DNA of 64,000 nt from Macrostomum hystrix. Its lineage: Eukaryota; Animalia; Platyhelminthes. Of the stretch, positions 9,601-22,970 are shown piece by piece (position 1 is the first letter of the stretch; every line of letters starts with the position of its first letter). The DNA is taken from positions 1 through 64,000 of the forward strand of contig CATNEN010000036.1 of the NCBI GenBank assembly GCA_950097015.1. Reading direction: 5' to 3'. The notes beneath the pieces are model-generated. The model did not search any database, was not told where the DNA came from, and saw only the letters and a program-made list of their open reading frames with translations. A program made the position numbers and the translations under genes.

Positions 9601-10380
9601 GTAAGCAAATTAATGATTTTATATCTGTCCTGTACGCTGTAATTCTGCTTAGTGACAGATTTAGCTGTTGTCAAGACCTCGTAATTCCTTGTCAACGTAT
9701 CCTAAAAAAGATTAGAATAATAGAATCCAATCAGCCATGTAGTAGTTAGTTCACATCTCGTGGTGCGATCAATGCTAACCCAGTCTGTCTGGGAGTGCTT
9801 GCGTTTGCTGGCCTGAATTCCTTCCCTCTGGGGATAAACTGTACACTACATCCTCTGTTAGCCCTCTCTCCCACGCGCGCACTCTGGTTCAGCCTTCACT
9901 CTCCCATCGGGAGATGCTTGAGTTCGCGCGAACCTTCCTAGTAGGACCTTTTTAGGGTCTAAGTGCGTAAGTGCGGCCACACCCTCTCATGGCGGCCCGC
10001 GCCATTTTTGAAACTTGCACTAGGCCTATGAGATCTTGCTAGTTCTCCTATACTCACTATTGAGTTCATTCCTCCACTGTACTGTCATTATCTCACTATC
10101 TATCGCCCTTCAAAGATTCCTATTGACTATTTGAGCCATTGTTGGGGACAGAGTTTTCTGTCTCTGTCCCAATTGTTTCTCACTAACTTTCACGCATTAG
10201 ATGAGACTTTGTCGCCTACACACCTATGACCGAACTAATTTTTAGTGTAATTCTCAATACTACTTAAAGTAGAGACACACACATTTCTCATTCTTTACCT
10301 GGTAAAGTAATTTGGTTTTTTATAAGGTTACAACTCAAACCTGAGAACTTCTGAGTTCTCATCCTTGTCCGCAAAAATCT

Positions 10381-13300
10381 GACTAGCAAGCAATCCACTC
10401 ATCACAATGGCTAGACTAGCAATCCACTTATCTCAGTGGCTAGACTAGCAATCCACTCATCACAATGGCTAGACTAGCAATCCACTTATCTCAGTGGCTA
10501 GACTAGCAATCCACTTATCTCAGTGGCTAGACTAGCAATCCACTTATCTCAGTGGCTAGACTAGCAATCCACTTATCTCAGTGGCTAGACTAGCAATACA
10601 CTCATCTCAGTGGCTAGACTAGCAATCCACTCTCATTTAAATGGCTAGACTAGCAATCCACTCATCTCAGTGGCTAGACTAGCAATCCACTCATCTCAGT
10701 GGCTAGACTAGCAATCCACTCTCATTTAAATGGATAGACTAGCAATCCACTCATCTCAGTGGCTAGACTAGCAATCCACTCTCATTTAAATGGCTAGACT
10801 AGCAATCCACTCATCTCAGTGGCTAGACTAGCAATCCACTTATCTCAGTGGCTAGACTAGCAATCCACTTATCTCAGTGGCTAGACTAGCAATCCACTTA
10901 TCTCAGTGGCTAGACTAGCAATCCACTTATCTCAGTGGCTAGACTAGCAATACACTCATCTCAGTGGCTAGACTAGCAATCCACTTATCTCAGTGGCTAG
11001 ACTAGCAATACACTCATCTCAGTGGCTAGACTAGCAATCCACTCTCATTTAAATGGCTAGACTAGCAATCCACTCATCTCAGTGGCTAGACTAGCAATCC
11101 ACTTATCTCAGTGGCTAGACTAGCAATCCACTTATCTTAGTGGCTAGACTAGCAATCCACTTATCTCAGTGGCTAGACTAGCAATCCACTTATCTCAGTG
11201 GCTAGACTAGCAATCCACTTATCTCAGTGGCTAGACTAGCAATCCACTTATCTCAGTGGCTAGACTAGCAATACACTCATCTCAGTGGCTAGACTAGCAA
11301 TCCACTTATCTCAGTGGCTAGACTAGCAATACACTCATCTCAGTGGCTAGACTAGCAATCCACTCTCATTTAAATGGCTAGACTAGCAATCCACTCATCT
11401 CAGTGGCTAGACTAGCAATCCACTCATCTCAGTGGCTAGACTAGCAATCCACTCTCATTTAAATGGCTAGACTAGCAATCCACTCATCTCAGTGGCTAGA
11501 CTAGCAATCCACTCTCATTTAAATGGCTAGACTAGCAATCCACTCATCTCAGTGGCTAGACTAGCAATCCACTTATCTCAGTGGCTAGACTAGCAATCCA
11601 CTTATCTCAGTGGCTAGACTAGCAATCCACTTATCTCAGTGGCTAGACTAGCAATCCACTTATCTCAGTGGCTAGACTAGCAATACACTCATCTCAGTGG
11701 CTAGACTAGCAATCCACTTATCTCAGTGGCTAGACTAGCAATACACTCATCTCAGTGGCTAGACTAGCAATCCACTCATCTCAGTGGCTAGACTAGCAAT
11801 ACACTCATCTCAGTGGCTAGACTAGCAATCCACTCTCATTTAAATGGCTAGACTAGCAATCCACTCATCTCAGTGGCTAGACTAGCAATCCACTCATCTC
11901 AGTGGCTAGACTAGCAATCCACTCTCATTTAAATGGCTAGACTAGCAATCCACTCATCTCAGTGGCTAGACTAGCAATCCACTCTCATTTAAATGGCTAG
12001 ACTAGCAATCCACTCATCTCAGTGGCTAGACTAGCAATCCACTCATCTCAGTGGCTAGACTAGCAATCCACTTATCTCAGTGGCTAGACTAGCAATCCAC
12101 TTATCTCAGTGGCTAGACTAGCAATCCACTTATCTCAGTGGCTAGACTAGCAATATACTCATCTCAGTGGCTAGACTAGCAATCCACTTATCTCAGTGGC
12201 TAGACTAGCAATCCACTTATCTCAGTGGCTAGACTAGCAATCCACTTATCTCAGTGGCTAGACTAGCAATCCACTTATCTCAGTGGCTAGACTAGCAATA
12301 CACTCATCTCAGTGGCTAGACTAGCAATCCACTTATCTCAGTGGCTAGACTAGCAATACACTCATCTCAGTGGCTAGACTAGCAATCCACTTATCTCAGT
12401 GGCTAGACTAGCAATACACTAATCTCAGTGGCTAGACTAGCAATCCACTTATCTCAGTGGCTAGACTAGCAATCCACTCATCTCAGTGGCTAGACTAGCA
12501 ATCCACTCATCTCAGTGGCTAGACTAGCAATCCACTCTCATTTAAATGGCTAGACTAGCAATCCACTCATCTCAGTGGCTAGACTAGCAATCCACTCTCA
12601 TTTAAATGGCTAGACTAGCAATCCACTCTCATTTAAATGGCTAGACTAGCAATCCACTCATCTCAGTGGCTAGACTAGCAATCCACTTATCTCAGTGGCT
12701 AGACTAGCAATCCACTTATCTCAGTGGCTAGACTAGCAATCCACTTATCTCAGTGGCTAGACTAGCAATATACTCATCTCAGTGGCTAGACTAGCAATCC
12801 ACTTATCTCAGTGGCTAGACTAGCAATCCACTCTCATTTAAATGGCTAGACTAGCAATCCACTCATCTCAGTGGCTAGACTAGCAATCCACTCTCATTTA
12901 AATGGCTAGACTAGCAATCCACTCTCATTTAAATGGCTAGACTAGCAATCCACTCATCTCAGTGGCTAGACTAGCAATCCACTCATCTCAGTGGCTAGAC
13001 TAGCAATCCACTCTCATTTAAATGGCTAGACTAGCAATCCACTCTCATTTAAATGGCTAGACTAGCAATCCACTCATCTCAGTGGCTAGACTAGCAATCC
13101 ACTCATCTCAGTGGCTAGACTAGCAATCCACTCTCATTTAAATGGCTAGACTAGCAATCCACTCTCATTTAAATGGCTAGACTAGCAATCCACTTATCTC
13201 AGTGGCTAGACTAGCAATCCACTCTCATTTAAATGGCTAGACTAGCAATCCACTCTCATTTAAATGGCTAGACTAGCAATCCACTCATCTCATTGGCTAG

Positions 13301-14384
13301 ACTAGCAATCCACTCTCATTTAAATGGCTAGACTAGCAATCCACTCTCATTTAAATGGCTAGAGTAGCAATCCACTCATCTCAGTGGCTAGACTAGCAAT
13401 CCACTCTCATTTAAATGGCTAGAGTAGCAATCCACTCATCTCAGTGGCTAGACTAGCAATCCACTCTCATTTAAATGGCTAGACTAGCAATCCACTCATC
13501 TCAGTGGCTAGACTAGCAATCCACTCTCATTTAAATGGCTAGACTAGCAATCCACTCTCATTTAATGGCTAGACTAGCAATCCACTCTCATTTAAATGGC
13601 TAGACTAGCAATCCACTCATCTCAGTGGCTAGACTAGCAATCCACTCATCTCAGTGGCTAGACTAGCAATCCACTCTCATTTAAATGGCTAGACTAGCAA
13701 TCCACTCTCATTTAAATGGCTAGACTAGCAATCCACTCATCTCATTGGCTAGACTAGCAATCCACTCTCATTTAAATGGCTAGACTAGCAATCCACTCTC
13801 ATTTAAATGGCTAGACTAGCAATCCACTCTCATTTAAATGGCTAGACTAGCAATCCACTCATCTCAGTGGCTAGACTAGCAATCCACTCATCTCAGTGGC
13901 TAGACTAGCAATCCACTCTCATTTAAATGGCTAGACTAGCAATCCACTCTCATTTAAATGGCTAGACTAGCAATCCACTCATCTCATTGGCTAGACTAGC
14001 AATCCACTCTCATTTAAATGGCTAGACTAGCAATCCACTCTCATTTAAATGGCTAGAGTAGCAATCCACTCATCTCAGTGGCTAGACTAGCAATCCACTC
14101 TCATTTAAATGGCTAGAGTAGCAATCCACTCATCTCAGTGGCTAGACTAGCAATCCACTCTCATTTAAATGGCTAGACTAGCAATCCACTCATCTCAGTG
14201 GCTAGACTAGCAATCCACTCATCTCAGTGGCTAGACTAGCAATCCACTCTCATTTAAATGGCTAGACTAGCAATCCACTCTCATTTAAATGGCTAGACTA
14301 GCAATCCACTCATCTCAGTGGCTAGACTAGCAATCCATTCTCATTCAAATGGGTAGACTGGCAATCCTCACCTCACTCCACCAG
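10381..14384. repeat. 29/31-bp minisatellite (GCTAGACTAGCAATCCACT...), about 130 copies
   Basis: Two interleaved unit types ending CATCTCAGTG/TATCTCAGTG or CTCATTTAAATG. The last, degenerate copy forms the MFSD2 exon 4 acceptor region. Confidence 0.95.
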
Positions 14385-15496
14385 GGATGGTCTTCGAGAT
14401 GCTCGGCACCCTTTGCGGCGTCATGACCTTCACCTTCATCACCCAGCACGGCCCAGACCGTTGCAACACCGCCGTCGCGGTCGTAGCCTCATTCAATGAA
14501 ACCCTGCAGCCGGCTGTCCAAGCCGACGTCCGGCCCGAAGAGGAGGGCCGCTACCGACTTGGCGCCGCCATCATCGCCTGCGTGGTGGCCGTCTGCGGCT
14601 GCATCGGCTTCTTCGGCACCAGAGAAGTGACGAACCAGAAGCCGACCCCACTAACCAGCAGCTCAGCAAACAGCTCAACCAGCGCCTGCTGCGGCATGAT
14701 ATCGGCATTCAGCCGGTGCCTTCGGCATCGCTCCTACAGGCAGCTGATGCTGACATTCATGCTGAGCTCATTGGCTATCCAGACGGTGCAGAACAGCCTG
14801 GCCCTGTACACCATCTACAGTCTGCGCATGAAGCGTCACCTGAAGTTTGCCATAGCCATAGTCATGTCAGTTGCCATCCTGGCCACTCCTCTAGTCTTCT
14901 TTGCCATCGGTCGGCTGGGCAAGAAACCCGTGTTCTATATTGGCCTATTTCTCATCCTGCCCGTGTGCATCTCGGCCACTTTCTGTCCGGCCGAGGATCG
15001 CTTCGTGCCGCTCTACTATGCCACCATGGTGGTGGCCGGCTGCTTTGTCAGCGTCAACATGCTCCTGCCCTGGATTATGCTGCCTGATGTCATTGACGAC
15101 TACGCCGCCTCGACTGGCAGATCCAGCGAGAACGAAGCGGCCACATTCTACAGTCTGTACGTGTTCTTCAACAAATTCGCTGTTGGCATGAGCACCGCCT
15201 GCTTGCAGCTGGCCCTTCACCTCACCGGCTATCAGCAGCCGCCAGCCTGCACCCAGACTGATGCCGTTGCTATGGCGTTGCGATGCATGATCGGCCCGGT
15301 GCCTATGCTGCTGGTGTTGGGCGCGTTCCTCGCCCTGCGTCGCTACCCGATCACTAGAGCCTACAGGGCTATGCTGGACCAGAGGCTGGCAAAGTCCACT
15401 GCCGCAGCGGTTGAACCTCTGGACGCCACTGAGATGATGAGCAGCCAGCATGTGGTTGATCAAGCTAATGGGGATTTATCTACTGTCAGAGCTTGA
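14385..15496 (+). CDS. MFSD2: MFSD2-family transporter, exon 4 (terminal)
   Basis: ccaccag|GG completes Arg, then MVFEMLGT, MLPDVIDD and YVFFNKFA. Joined CDS is 1815 nt = 604 aa plus stop. Confidence 0.92.
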
Positions 15497-16284
15497 TTTC
15501 TTCTTTGCGGCCACTTTCACTTTCTTTAGTTACAAGCGTAGCTCTTTGTCCCTTTTTTGTGCTGGCTAATTAGGTAGGTCTTTTTCGCCCCTTTCCGTTG
15601 GTCTTTTTAGTAGGTCTTTGTCCCATTTCAAGCGGTCTATAAGTGAGGTCTTGGCACCATTTCCATTGTTTTATCTTTGAGATTTAGATTTTTCTTTTAT
15701 TTAGGGGTTTCTCTAATTTAATTTGTTCTATTAGTGAAGTCTTTGTCCCATTTCTATTGGTCTATAAGTGAGGTCTTTGTCCTATTCTCGTTGGTCTATT
15801 AGTGTGGTCCCATTTAGTTTGGTATATTAGTAAGTCTTTGTATGCAATTTCTATTGTTCTGTTAGTGCTGTCTTTGATTAGCTATTGTTAGTTTTTTGTG
15901 AGTTTTCTTCACTTTTTTGTTTTCCTTAAGTTAAATATATTTCTATTTTTTCCTTGCTTAACATTGCATTAATGATACATTTTATAGAATTCCTGCAAAC
16001 TAACAGTTTTTGTTTAAATTGCATTTACATGTATAACACAAACAAATGCAAGTTGCAAAATATCTGCCATATGATCAGTTTAAATAATACAATCTAAAGA
16101 ATGTCAGTCATCTCATTGTGCTTGTTACCTGTTCAGAAAACACGCAACAATTTTTTTTCAGGAGCTGATTAACTTTTTTGCTTAGTTATGCACGTTTCTG
16201 CTCAAATATGCATTCACATTCAGCTGCCATTGTTCACCTTTATATATCTTTTGCCTAGTTACGATAAAAAACTATTTACATGCA

Positions 16285-16985
16285 CTCTATAACAACCCCT
16301 CCAGTTCAAATACCAATATACACACACAACACCAGCCCCTCCAGTTCTCACCCCAATGTACACACACTCCTCACCAGCCCCTTCAGTTCTAACCCCAATG
16401 TACACAACTCCCCACCAACCCCTCCAGTTCTAACCCCAATGTACACAACTCCCCACCAACCCCTCCAGTTCTAACCTCAATGTACACACACTCCCACCAA
16501 CCCCTCCAGTTCTAACCTCAATGTACACACACTCCCCACCAACCCCTCCAGTTCTAACCTCAATGTACACACACTCCCCACCAACCCCTCCAGTTCTAAC
16601 CTTAATGTACACACTCCCCATGAACCCCTCCAGTTCTACCCCCAATGTACACACTCCCCACCAACCCCTCCAGTTCTAACCCTAATGTACACACTCCCCA
16701 CCAACCCCTCCAGTTCTAACCCTAATGTACACACATCCTCACCAACCCCTCCAGTTCTAACCCCAATGTACACACATCCTCACCAACCCCTGCAGTTCTA
16801 ACCCAAATGTACACACACTCCCCACCAACCCCTCCAGTTCCAATCTAAATGTACACACCATACCAGCCCCTCAAGTTCTAACCCCTATGTGCGCACTCCC
16901 CACCAACCCCTCCAGTTCTAACCCCAATGTACACACTCCCTACCAACCCCTCAAGTTCTAACCCCAATGTACACGCACTCCACAC
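16285..16985. repeat. About 40-bp C-rich minisatellite (AATGTACACACTCCCCACCAACCCCTCCAGTTCTAACCCC-like)
   Basis: Direct reading. Unit length varies and the edges are degenerate. Confidence 0.9.
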
Positions 16986-18504
16986 TTTCCGCCAGTTGTT
17001 ATCCATAATGCACCTAATCACATTGCTTGTACTTTTATTACACTTTTCAGGTGTTTACATTAATCCTAAATGACTGAACTGTTACACAAAGTTCGCGCAA
17101 TATTCAGTTGCCGGGTGATTCAGATGCCTAGGACTCAATCAGCAGTTTTTTTTCAAGTTTCTTAGTTTTTTCTAGCTTGAAGCAATCGATGTGCATTATT
17201 GAAGTAATTGTATTTACTGTTGTTAAGATTTATTTCTTTGCTATTTAACTATTCCATGCATTGTAGCACGCTCACTAACTTTCTCGCATTAATATAGATA
17301 AGAAATTATTGTACTAAATGAAAATAAAATAATTTTTAATGATCAAAGCCAGTGTTTCTGTTTTTGTTCTCTTTAGCGCTGACAAAATTATTTTTACTTT
17401 TTCCTGCCCTACCTAAATTAGCTCACACAACTGTGGTGTTACCTGTATTTTTCTTTTCTCAGTGTTTTTGTCACACCTTTTTTCAATGAAACCACCACAT
17501 GCTGTAAGCGCCCGTGCGCGAAGTCTTTGTTAACTTGCGGTTGTTTGTGCGCGAACGCAGTTGAAACTGTTCTATATGATTGAAATTACCAAATATATTA
17601 TACCTGTACGCATATACATATGCCAAGTGGCCAGATCATAACCCTTTAAAGGTTTTTTTATTTCCTAAACTTTAACGTCTTTGATTTTTTTTACGGAACA
17701 AAGAGCCGGCTCACGGGTGTAACAGCCCTAACCAGGATAGGATGCTGTACACAATCAGAATGTGATGTGTCTTAAATGACCGACATTATAACACACAATT
17801 TCACAACCGAACAAACTAGAAGTTAATTAACTAGAAGTTAATTAAGTTAATTGTCTGAGAACAACACTCGAAAATTAAAGACATTTCTTCTGAATTAGCA
17901 TGTGCAGAGCTTTTCGTTTTTTATTAGGAATTGGAACATATTACGAGTACATAATATACAGGTCTCAACTGAACTACACTACTACTGAATAAGTAATAAG
18001 TAGTACATTATCATTGTATTCACTAAGCAAAATTATTAATTTGCTTAAAGTACTTCGCATTGGAAAGTGGTTCGGCTGCGACTAGTCGAATTACAAGCTC
18101 GAATGCGAAAGTAAAACATAAATATTAACGCATTTGTGAATAATTTGTTAGTCAAATATTGTTTAAAAAATCACAAAATAAGAAAAAGTATATATAATTA
18201 CATCATACTATCCAGCAATTTTTATCTAAATTTCGAAGAACAAAATTCAGACAGAATTGCGTCTGAAGCAGCTTACATGGGTTACTTTGATGGTCATTGA
18301 CCACGGTTAAACAAGGGATTCCACGAACATCAGGGTAGGATTAAGTACGAGTATAAATTAACAATTATCCAGTATTCGAATATTTCTGTGCAGCCTGTAA
18401 CTTAAATAAGCTAGTTGAGTTCTGCAAACAGCGAAGCAAAAAAAGTAATATGCAACCGACCATGCCAAAAAAACACCTGACGAAGGCTGCGCGTTACAAT
18501 TGAT

Positions 18505-19776
18505 TACAGGTGAGGGGGTGATGACATACCGAACTGATAACAACAGGTCAGGGGGTGATGACATTCCTAACTGATAACAGCAGGTGAGGGGGTGATGACA
18601 TACCTAACTGATAACAGCAGGTGAGGGGGTGATGACATTCCGAACTGATAACAGCAGGTGAGGGGGTGATGACATACCGAACTGATAACAACAGGTCAGG
18701 GGGTGATGACATTCCTAACTGATAACAGCAGGTGAGGGGGTGATGACATACCTAACTGATAACAGCAGGTGAGGGGGTGATGACATACCTAACTGATAAC
18801 AGCAGGTGAGGGGGTGATGACATACCTAACTGATAACAGCAGGTGAGGGGGTGATGACATACCTAACTGATAACAGCAGGTGAGGGGGTGATGACATTCC
18901 GAACTGATAACAGCAGGTGAGGGGGTGATGACATACCTAACTGATAACAGCAGGTGAGGGGGTGATGACATTCCGAACTGATAACAGCAGGTGAGGGGGT
19001 GATGACATTCCGAACTGATAACAGCAGGTGAGGGGGTGATGACATTCCGAACTGATAACAGCAGGTGAGGGGGTGATGACATTCCGAACTGATAACAGCA
19101 GGTGAGGGGGTGATGACATACCTAACTGATAACAGCAGGTGAGGGGGTGATGACATACCTAACTGATAACAGCAGGTGAGGGGGTGATGACATTCCGAAC
19201 TGATAACAGCAGGTGAGGGGATGATGACATACCTAACTGATAACAGCAGGTGAGGGGGTGATGACATTCCGAACTGATAACAGCAGGTGAGGGGGTGATG
19301 ACATTCCGAACTGATAACAGCAGGTGAGGGGGTGATGACATTCCGAACTGATAACAGCAGGTGAGGGGGTGATGACATTCCGAACTGATAACAGCAGGTG
19401 AGGGGGTGATGACATTCCGAACTGATAACAGCAGGTGAGGGGGTGATGACATACCTAACTGATAACAGCAGGTGAGGGGGTGATGACATTCCGAACTGAT
19501 AACAGCAGGTGAGGGGGTGATGACATACCGAACTGATAACAGCAGGTGAGGGGGTGATGACATACCTAACTGATAACAGCAGGTGAGGGGGTGATGACAT
19601 TCCGAACTGATAACAGCAGGTGAGGGGGTGATGACATTCCGAACTGATAACAGCAGGTGAGGGGGTGATGACATTCCGAACTGATAACAGCAGGTGAGGG
19701 GGTGATGACATTCCGAACTGATAACAGCAGGTGAGGGGATGATGACATTCCGAACTGATAACAGCAGGTGAGGGGG
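18505..19776. repeat. 37-bp minisatellite (GATAACAGCAGGTGAGGGGGTGATGACATACCTAACT)n, about 34 copies
   Basis: Direct reading. Starts about 120 nt past the TFIIB stop codon. Confidence 0.95.
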
Positions 19777-19894
19777 TATTTCCATGTGGTCATAGGTAGC
19801 AATGAGTATTAGCTAATGACTGAATAACGTAAAACTTAAGACACAAAAAAACTGCGACCACACTGAAAAAGCAGAGTTTGAGTTGAAGCTGCGG

Positions 19895-20413
19895 TCACTG
19901 CCAAGGCAAACTATCAACCGGAGAGTTGAAAGCAAAATTAGGCGGAAACAATGACTTGGCATGCGAGCGCATGATCTTGTAGGCACCGGCGATGGTCACC
20001 TCAGCAACACCAGCGATGTCGCCAATCTCCTTCTTCTCCTTCTTGGTGTCGGAGGCTTGGCAGGCCATGTAGATGGCGGCGGCGGCCACCGAGATCGGAC
20101 TCTTGCCAGCTACTTCGTCCAGTTGCATGGCCTTCTCGGCGATGTGGGTGGCGGCCTTCTGGATGGCGATGCTCAGTTCGAGATTGGAGCAGAATCTGGA
20201 CATAAAATCCGTTGTTGAAATGCCCTTCAAATTTGTGTCCAGTGCTTTCGTGATCTTCTTGAAGGCCTTGCCGATGTCGCGCCGATTCGACCGACTAACA
20301 GAGCAGACCTCCTTGAGGGTGCGCGGCGCACCCTCCTGACGACAGGCCATGTACAGGCAGGCGCTAGCGATGGTCTCATTAGCGCGGCCGCGGCACTGCT
20401 TAGAGTCGTACAC
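19895..20413 (-). CDS. GTF2B: Transcription initiation factor IIB, exon 2 (terminal)
   Basis: tcttcag|[36 protein letters not shown] and [15 protein letters not shown] (cyclin-fold repeats). Confidence 0.95.
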   Translation of the reverse strand: MYDSKQCRGRANETIASACLYMACRQEGAPRTLKEVCSVSRSNRRDIGKAFKKITKALDTNLKGISTTDFMSRFCSNLELSIAIQKAATHIAEKAMQLDEVAGKSPISVAAAAIYMACQASDTKKEKKEIGDIAGVAEVTIAGAYKIMRSHAKSLFPPNFAFNSPVDSLPWQ

Positions 20414-20468
20414 CTGAAGAGGCGGGGAGAGCTGGATGTTAATGATGGCGAAGAAGGAAAACTGTTTA

Positions 20469-20738
20469 CTGATAAACCAGATGTCTGATAAACCAGATGT
20501 CTGATAAACCAGATGTCTGATAAACCAGGTGTCTGATAAACCAGATGTCTGATAAACCAGGTGTCTGATAAACCAGATGTCTGATAAACCAGGTGTCTGA
20601 TAAACCAGATGTCTGATAAACCAGGTGTCTGATAAACCAGATGTCTGATAAACCAGATGTCTGATAAACCAGATGTCTGATAAACCAGATGTCTGATAAA
20701 CTAGATGTCTGATAAACCAGATGTCTGATAAACCAGGT
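20469..20738. repeat. 16-bp minisatellite (CTGATAAACCAGATGT)n in the TFIIB intron
   Basis: Direct reading, about 17 copies. Confidence 0.95.
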
Positions 20739-20844
20739 ACCTAATGATCAGTTACATGATAAACCAGTTACCTAATGATAAGTTACATGACAAATAGTTA
20801 CCTAATAACCGGCCGGGCTCCTGATACAGTCCGAAAAAAACAGT

Positions 20845-21758
20845 TATTGTCTGGTTTCACAGCCACCAAATAAACCAGCTATTGTCTTGTTTCACAGCCA
20901 CCAAATAAACCAGCTATTGTCTGGTTTCACAGCCACCAAATAAACCAGCTATTGTCTGGTTTCACAGCTACCAAATAAACCAGCTATTGTCTTGTTTCAC
21001 AGCCACCAAATAAACCAGCTATTGTCTGGTTTCACAGCCGCCAAATAAACCAGCTATTGTCTGGTTTCACAGCCACCAAATAAACCAGCTATTGTCTTGT
21101 TTCACAGCCACCAAATAAACCAGCTATTGTCTAATTTCACAGCCACCAAATAAACCAGCTATTGTCTGGTTTCACAGCCACCAAATAAACCAGCTACTGT
21201 CTGGTTTCACAGCCACCAAATAAACCAGCTATTGTCTGGTTTCACAGCCACCAAATAAACCAGCTATTGTCTGGTTTCACAGCCACCAAATAAACCAGCT
21301 ATTGTCTGGTTTCACAGCCACCAAATAAACCAGCTATTGTCTGGTTTCACAGCCACCAAATAAACCAGCTATTGTCTGGTTTCACAGCCACCAAATAAAC
21401 CAGCTATTGTCTGGTTTCACAGCCACCAAATAAACCAGCTATTGTCTGGTTTCACAGCCACCAAATAAACCAGCTATTGTCTGGTTTCACAGCCACCAAA
21501 TAAACCAGCTATTGTCTGGTTTCACAGCCACCAAATAAACCAGCTATTGTCTGGTTTCACAGCCACCAAATAAACCAGCTATTGTCTGGTTTCACAGCCA
21601 CCAAATAAACCAGCTATTGTCTGGTTTCACAGCCACCAAATAAACCAGCTATTGTCTGGTTTCACAGCCACCAAATAAACCAGCTATTGTCTGGTTTCAC
21701 AGCCACCAAATAAACCAGCTATTGTCTGGTTTCACAGCCACCAAATAAACCAGCTATT
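20845..21758. repeat. 35-bp minisatellite (CCAGCTATTGTCTGGTTTCACAGCCACCAAATAAA)n in the TFIIB intron
   Basis: About 26 copies. On the gene strand the first unit begins at intron position +4 (CAG|gta-aatagctgg). Confidence 0.95.
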
Positions 21759-21761
21759 TAC

Positions 21762-22175
21762 CTGCTTGAAGATCTTATTAGCGGTGCTGACCACACTCTT
21801 GGGCAGGTTGAGCCTATTGGCCATCTGGTCGATCTCCTTGAAAGCGCTGGTCAGTGTCTTATCGCCGATGCTCAAGTTCTTCTTATTCTTATAGACTGGC
21901 CGGCCAGTCTCCGGGTCGACTCCATAGGCCTCCCGGCCAGTGTTGGCAATCATAGTAGACAATTCGGTACTCTCCAGTAGGGGATTCTCGGCTGAGCCCA
22001 CTCTCGACATATCTTTGTTGCTGCCGTCATTTGCGAATGTGCGCCACTCGGACCCGACATCGATGACTCGGTCGCCGACAACCAGGCCGCACTGTGAGCA
22101 CACTAAATCGCCGCAGTGATAGTCTTCAATGAGTGCGGCATCTGGATGATATTTGCAAGTCACTTTGCTACTCAT
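21762..22175 (-). CDS. GTF2B: Transcription initiation factor IIB, exon 1
   Basis: Zn ribbon CKYHPD..CSQCGLVVGDRVIDVGSEWRTF and RLNLPKSVV. CAG|gtaaat donor, phase 0. Joined protein is 310 aa. Confidence 0.95.
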
Positions 22176-22574
22176 GACTGTGATTTGATTTTATTTAGTT
22201 TAGCTGCAAATTCACAATGGGATATTGTTCTATGCGACTTTTAATAATCGCCCACTGCCATATTGTGAACAAGTGCAGTATATAATTTATTTATTTATAT
22301 AAAGTTTATTCATGCATATAAAATAATTATTTTGAAAGGCAATTCACCAATCCTAATTTAGTTTCTTATATAGACATATCAAATATATACATGAAGTTGG
22401 CTCAATTAGTAAACTGTATTTGAGCATAATATTTCGTCGGAAAAAATGGTTTCAAAGTTATATAGGCCAAATATTGAAGTCTAATTGAATGTGGTTGACC
22501 GAAATTTTAGTAAAATATATAATATTATTTAAATACATGCTTTTAAGACTATGCGACACAATCTCGGTTAGAAT

Positions 22575-22970
22575 TTAGAATGAATCAGTGCCATCGGACT
22601 GCGTGCAGCTGAACTGCTCTTCATTGCCAGTGTTCTGATCTGCCTGCGCTCCTTCCAGTTTATCGGACCCGCCAGTTTCATCGTTTGCCATAGACACCTG
22701 CGACAGGAACAATGTCAGCAGGCTGTGTGTGACGCTGCGGCTACGCCGAACACGGCGAACCCGATCGAGTCGCCCAGCGTAGCCGAACTCAGCGCCAGAT
22801 TCGCTAACAATCTCCGACGCCGCTTCGTTGTCCTCGACAGTGGTACCGTCTTTGACACTATTTGATGACGGCGATCGCGGCGATGAAATCTGCTGGTGCT
22901 GACGATGCTGGCGATACTGACAGCAAGCCGCCTTCATAGCCGAGTCAAGCTGAGCCAGCGCCTTAAGCAT
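22575..22970 (-). CDS. Possible small gene of unknown function (131 aa, or 110 aa if a 63-nt in-frame intron is spliced)
   Basis: GC-rich open frame in AT-rich surroundings. Internal CGG|gttcgc...gctgac..gttcctgtcgcag|GTG looks like an intron. AATAAA signals follow at 22286-22310. No recognisable domain. Confidence 0.35.
   Translation of the reverse strand: MLKALAQLDSAMKAACCQYRQHRQHQQISSPRSPSSNSVKDGTTVEDNEAASEIVSESGAEFGYAGRLDRVRRVRRSRSVTHSLLTLFLSQVSMANDETGGSDKLEGAQADQNTGNEEQFSCTQSDGTDSF

Noticed and set aside
10381-14384. CRISPR-like appearance of palindromic repeats here and in the other arrays
   Set aside because: Units are head-to-tail with no unique spacers, there are no cas genes, and the context is eukaryotic introns.
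16285-16985. Interstitial telomeric repeat
   Set aside because: There is only one CTAACCC-like word per 40-bp unit, not tandem TTAGGG.
18789-19802. Overlapping SSPPHLLLSV ORFs
   Set aside because: The 37-bp unit cycles through all frames, so these are repeat artefacts.
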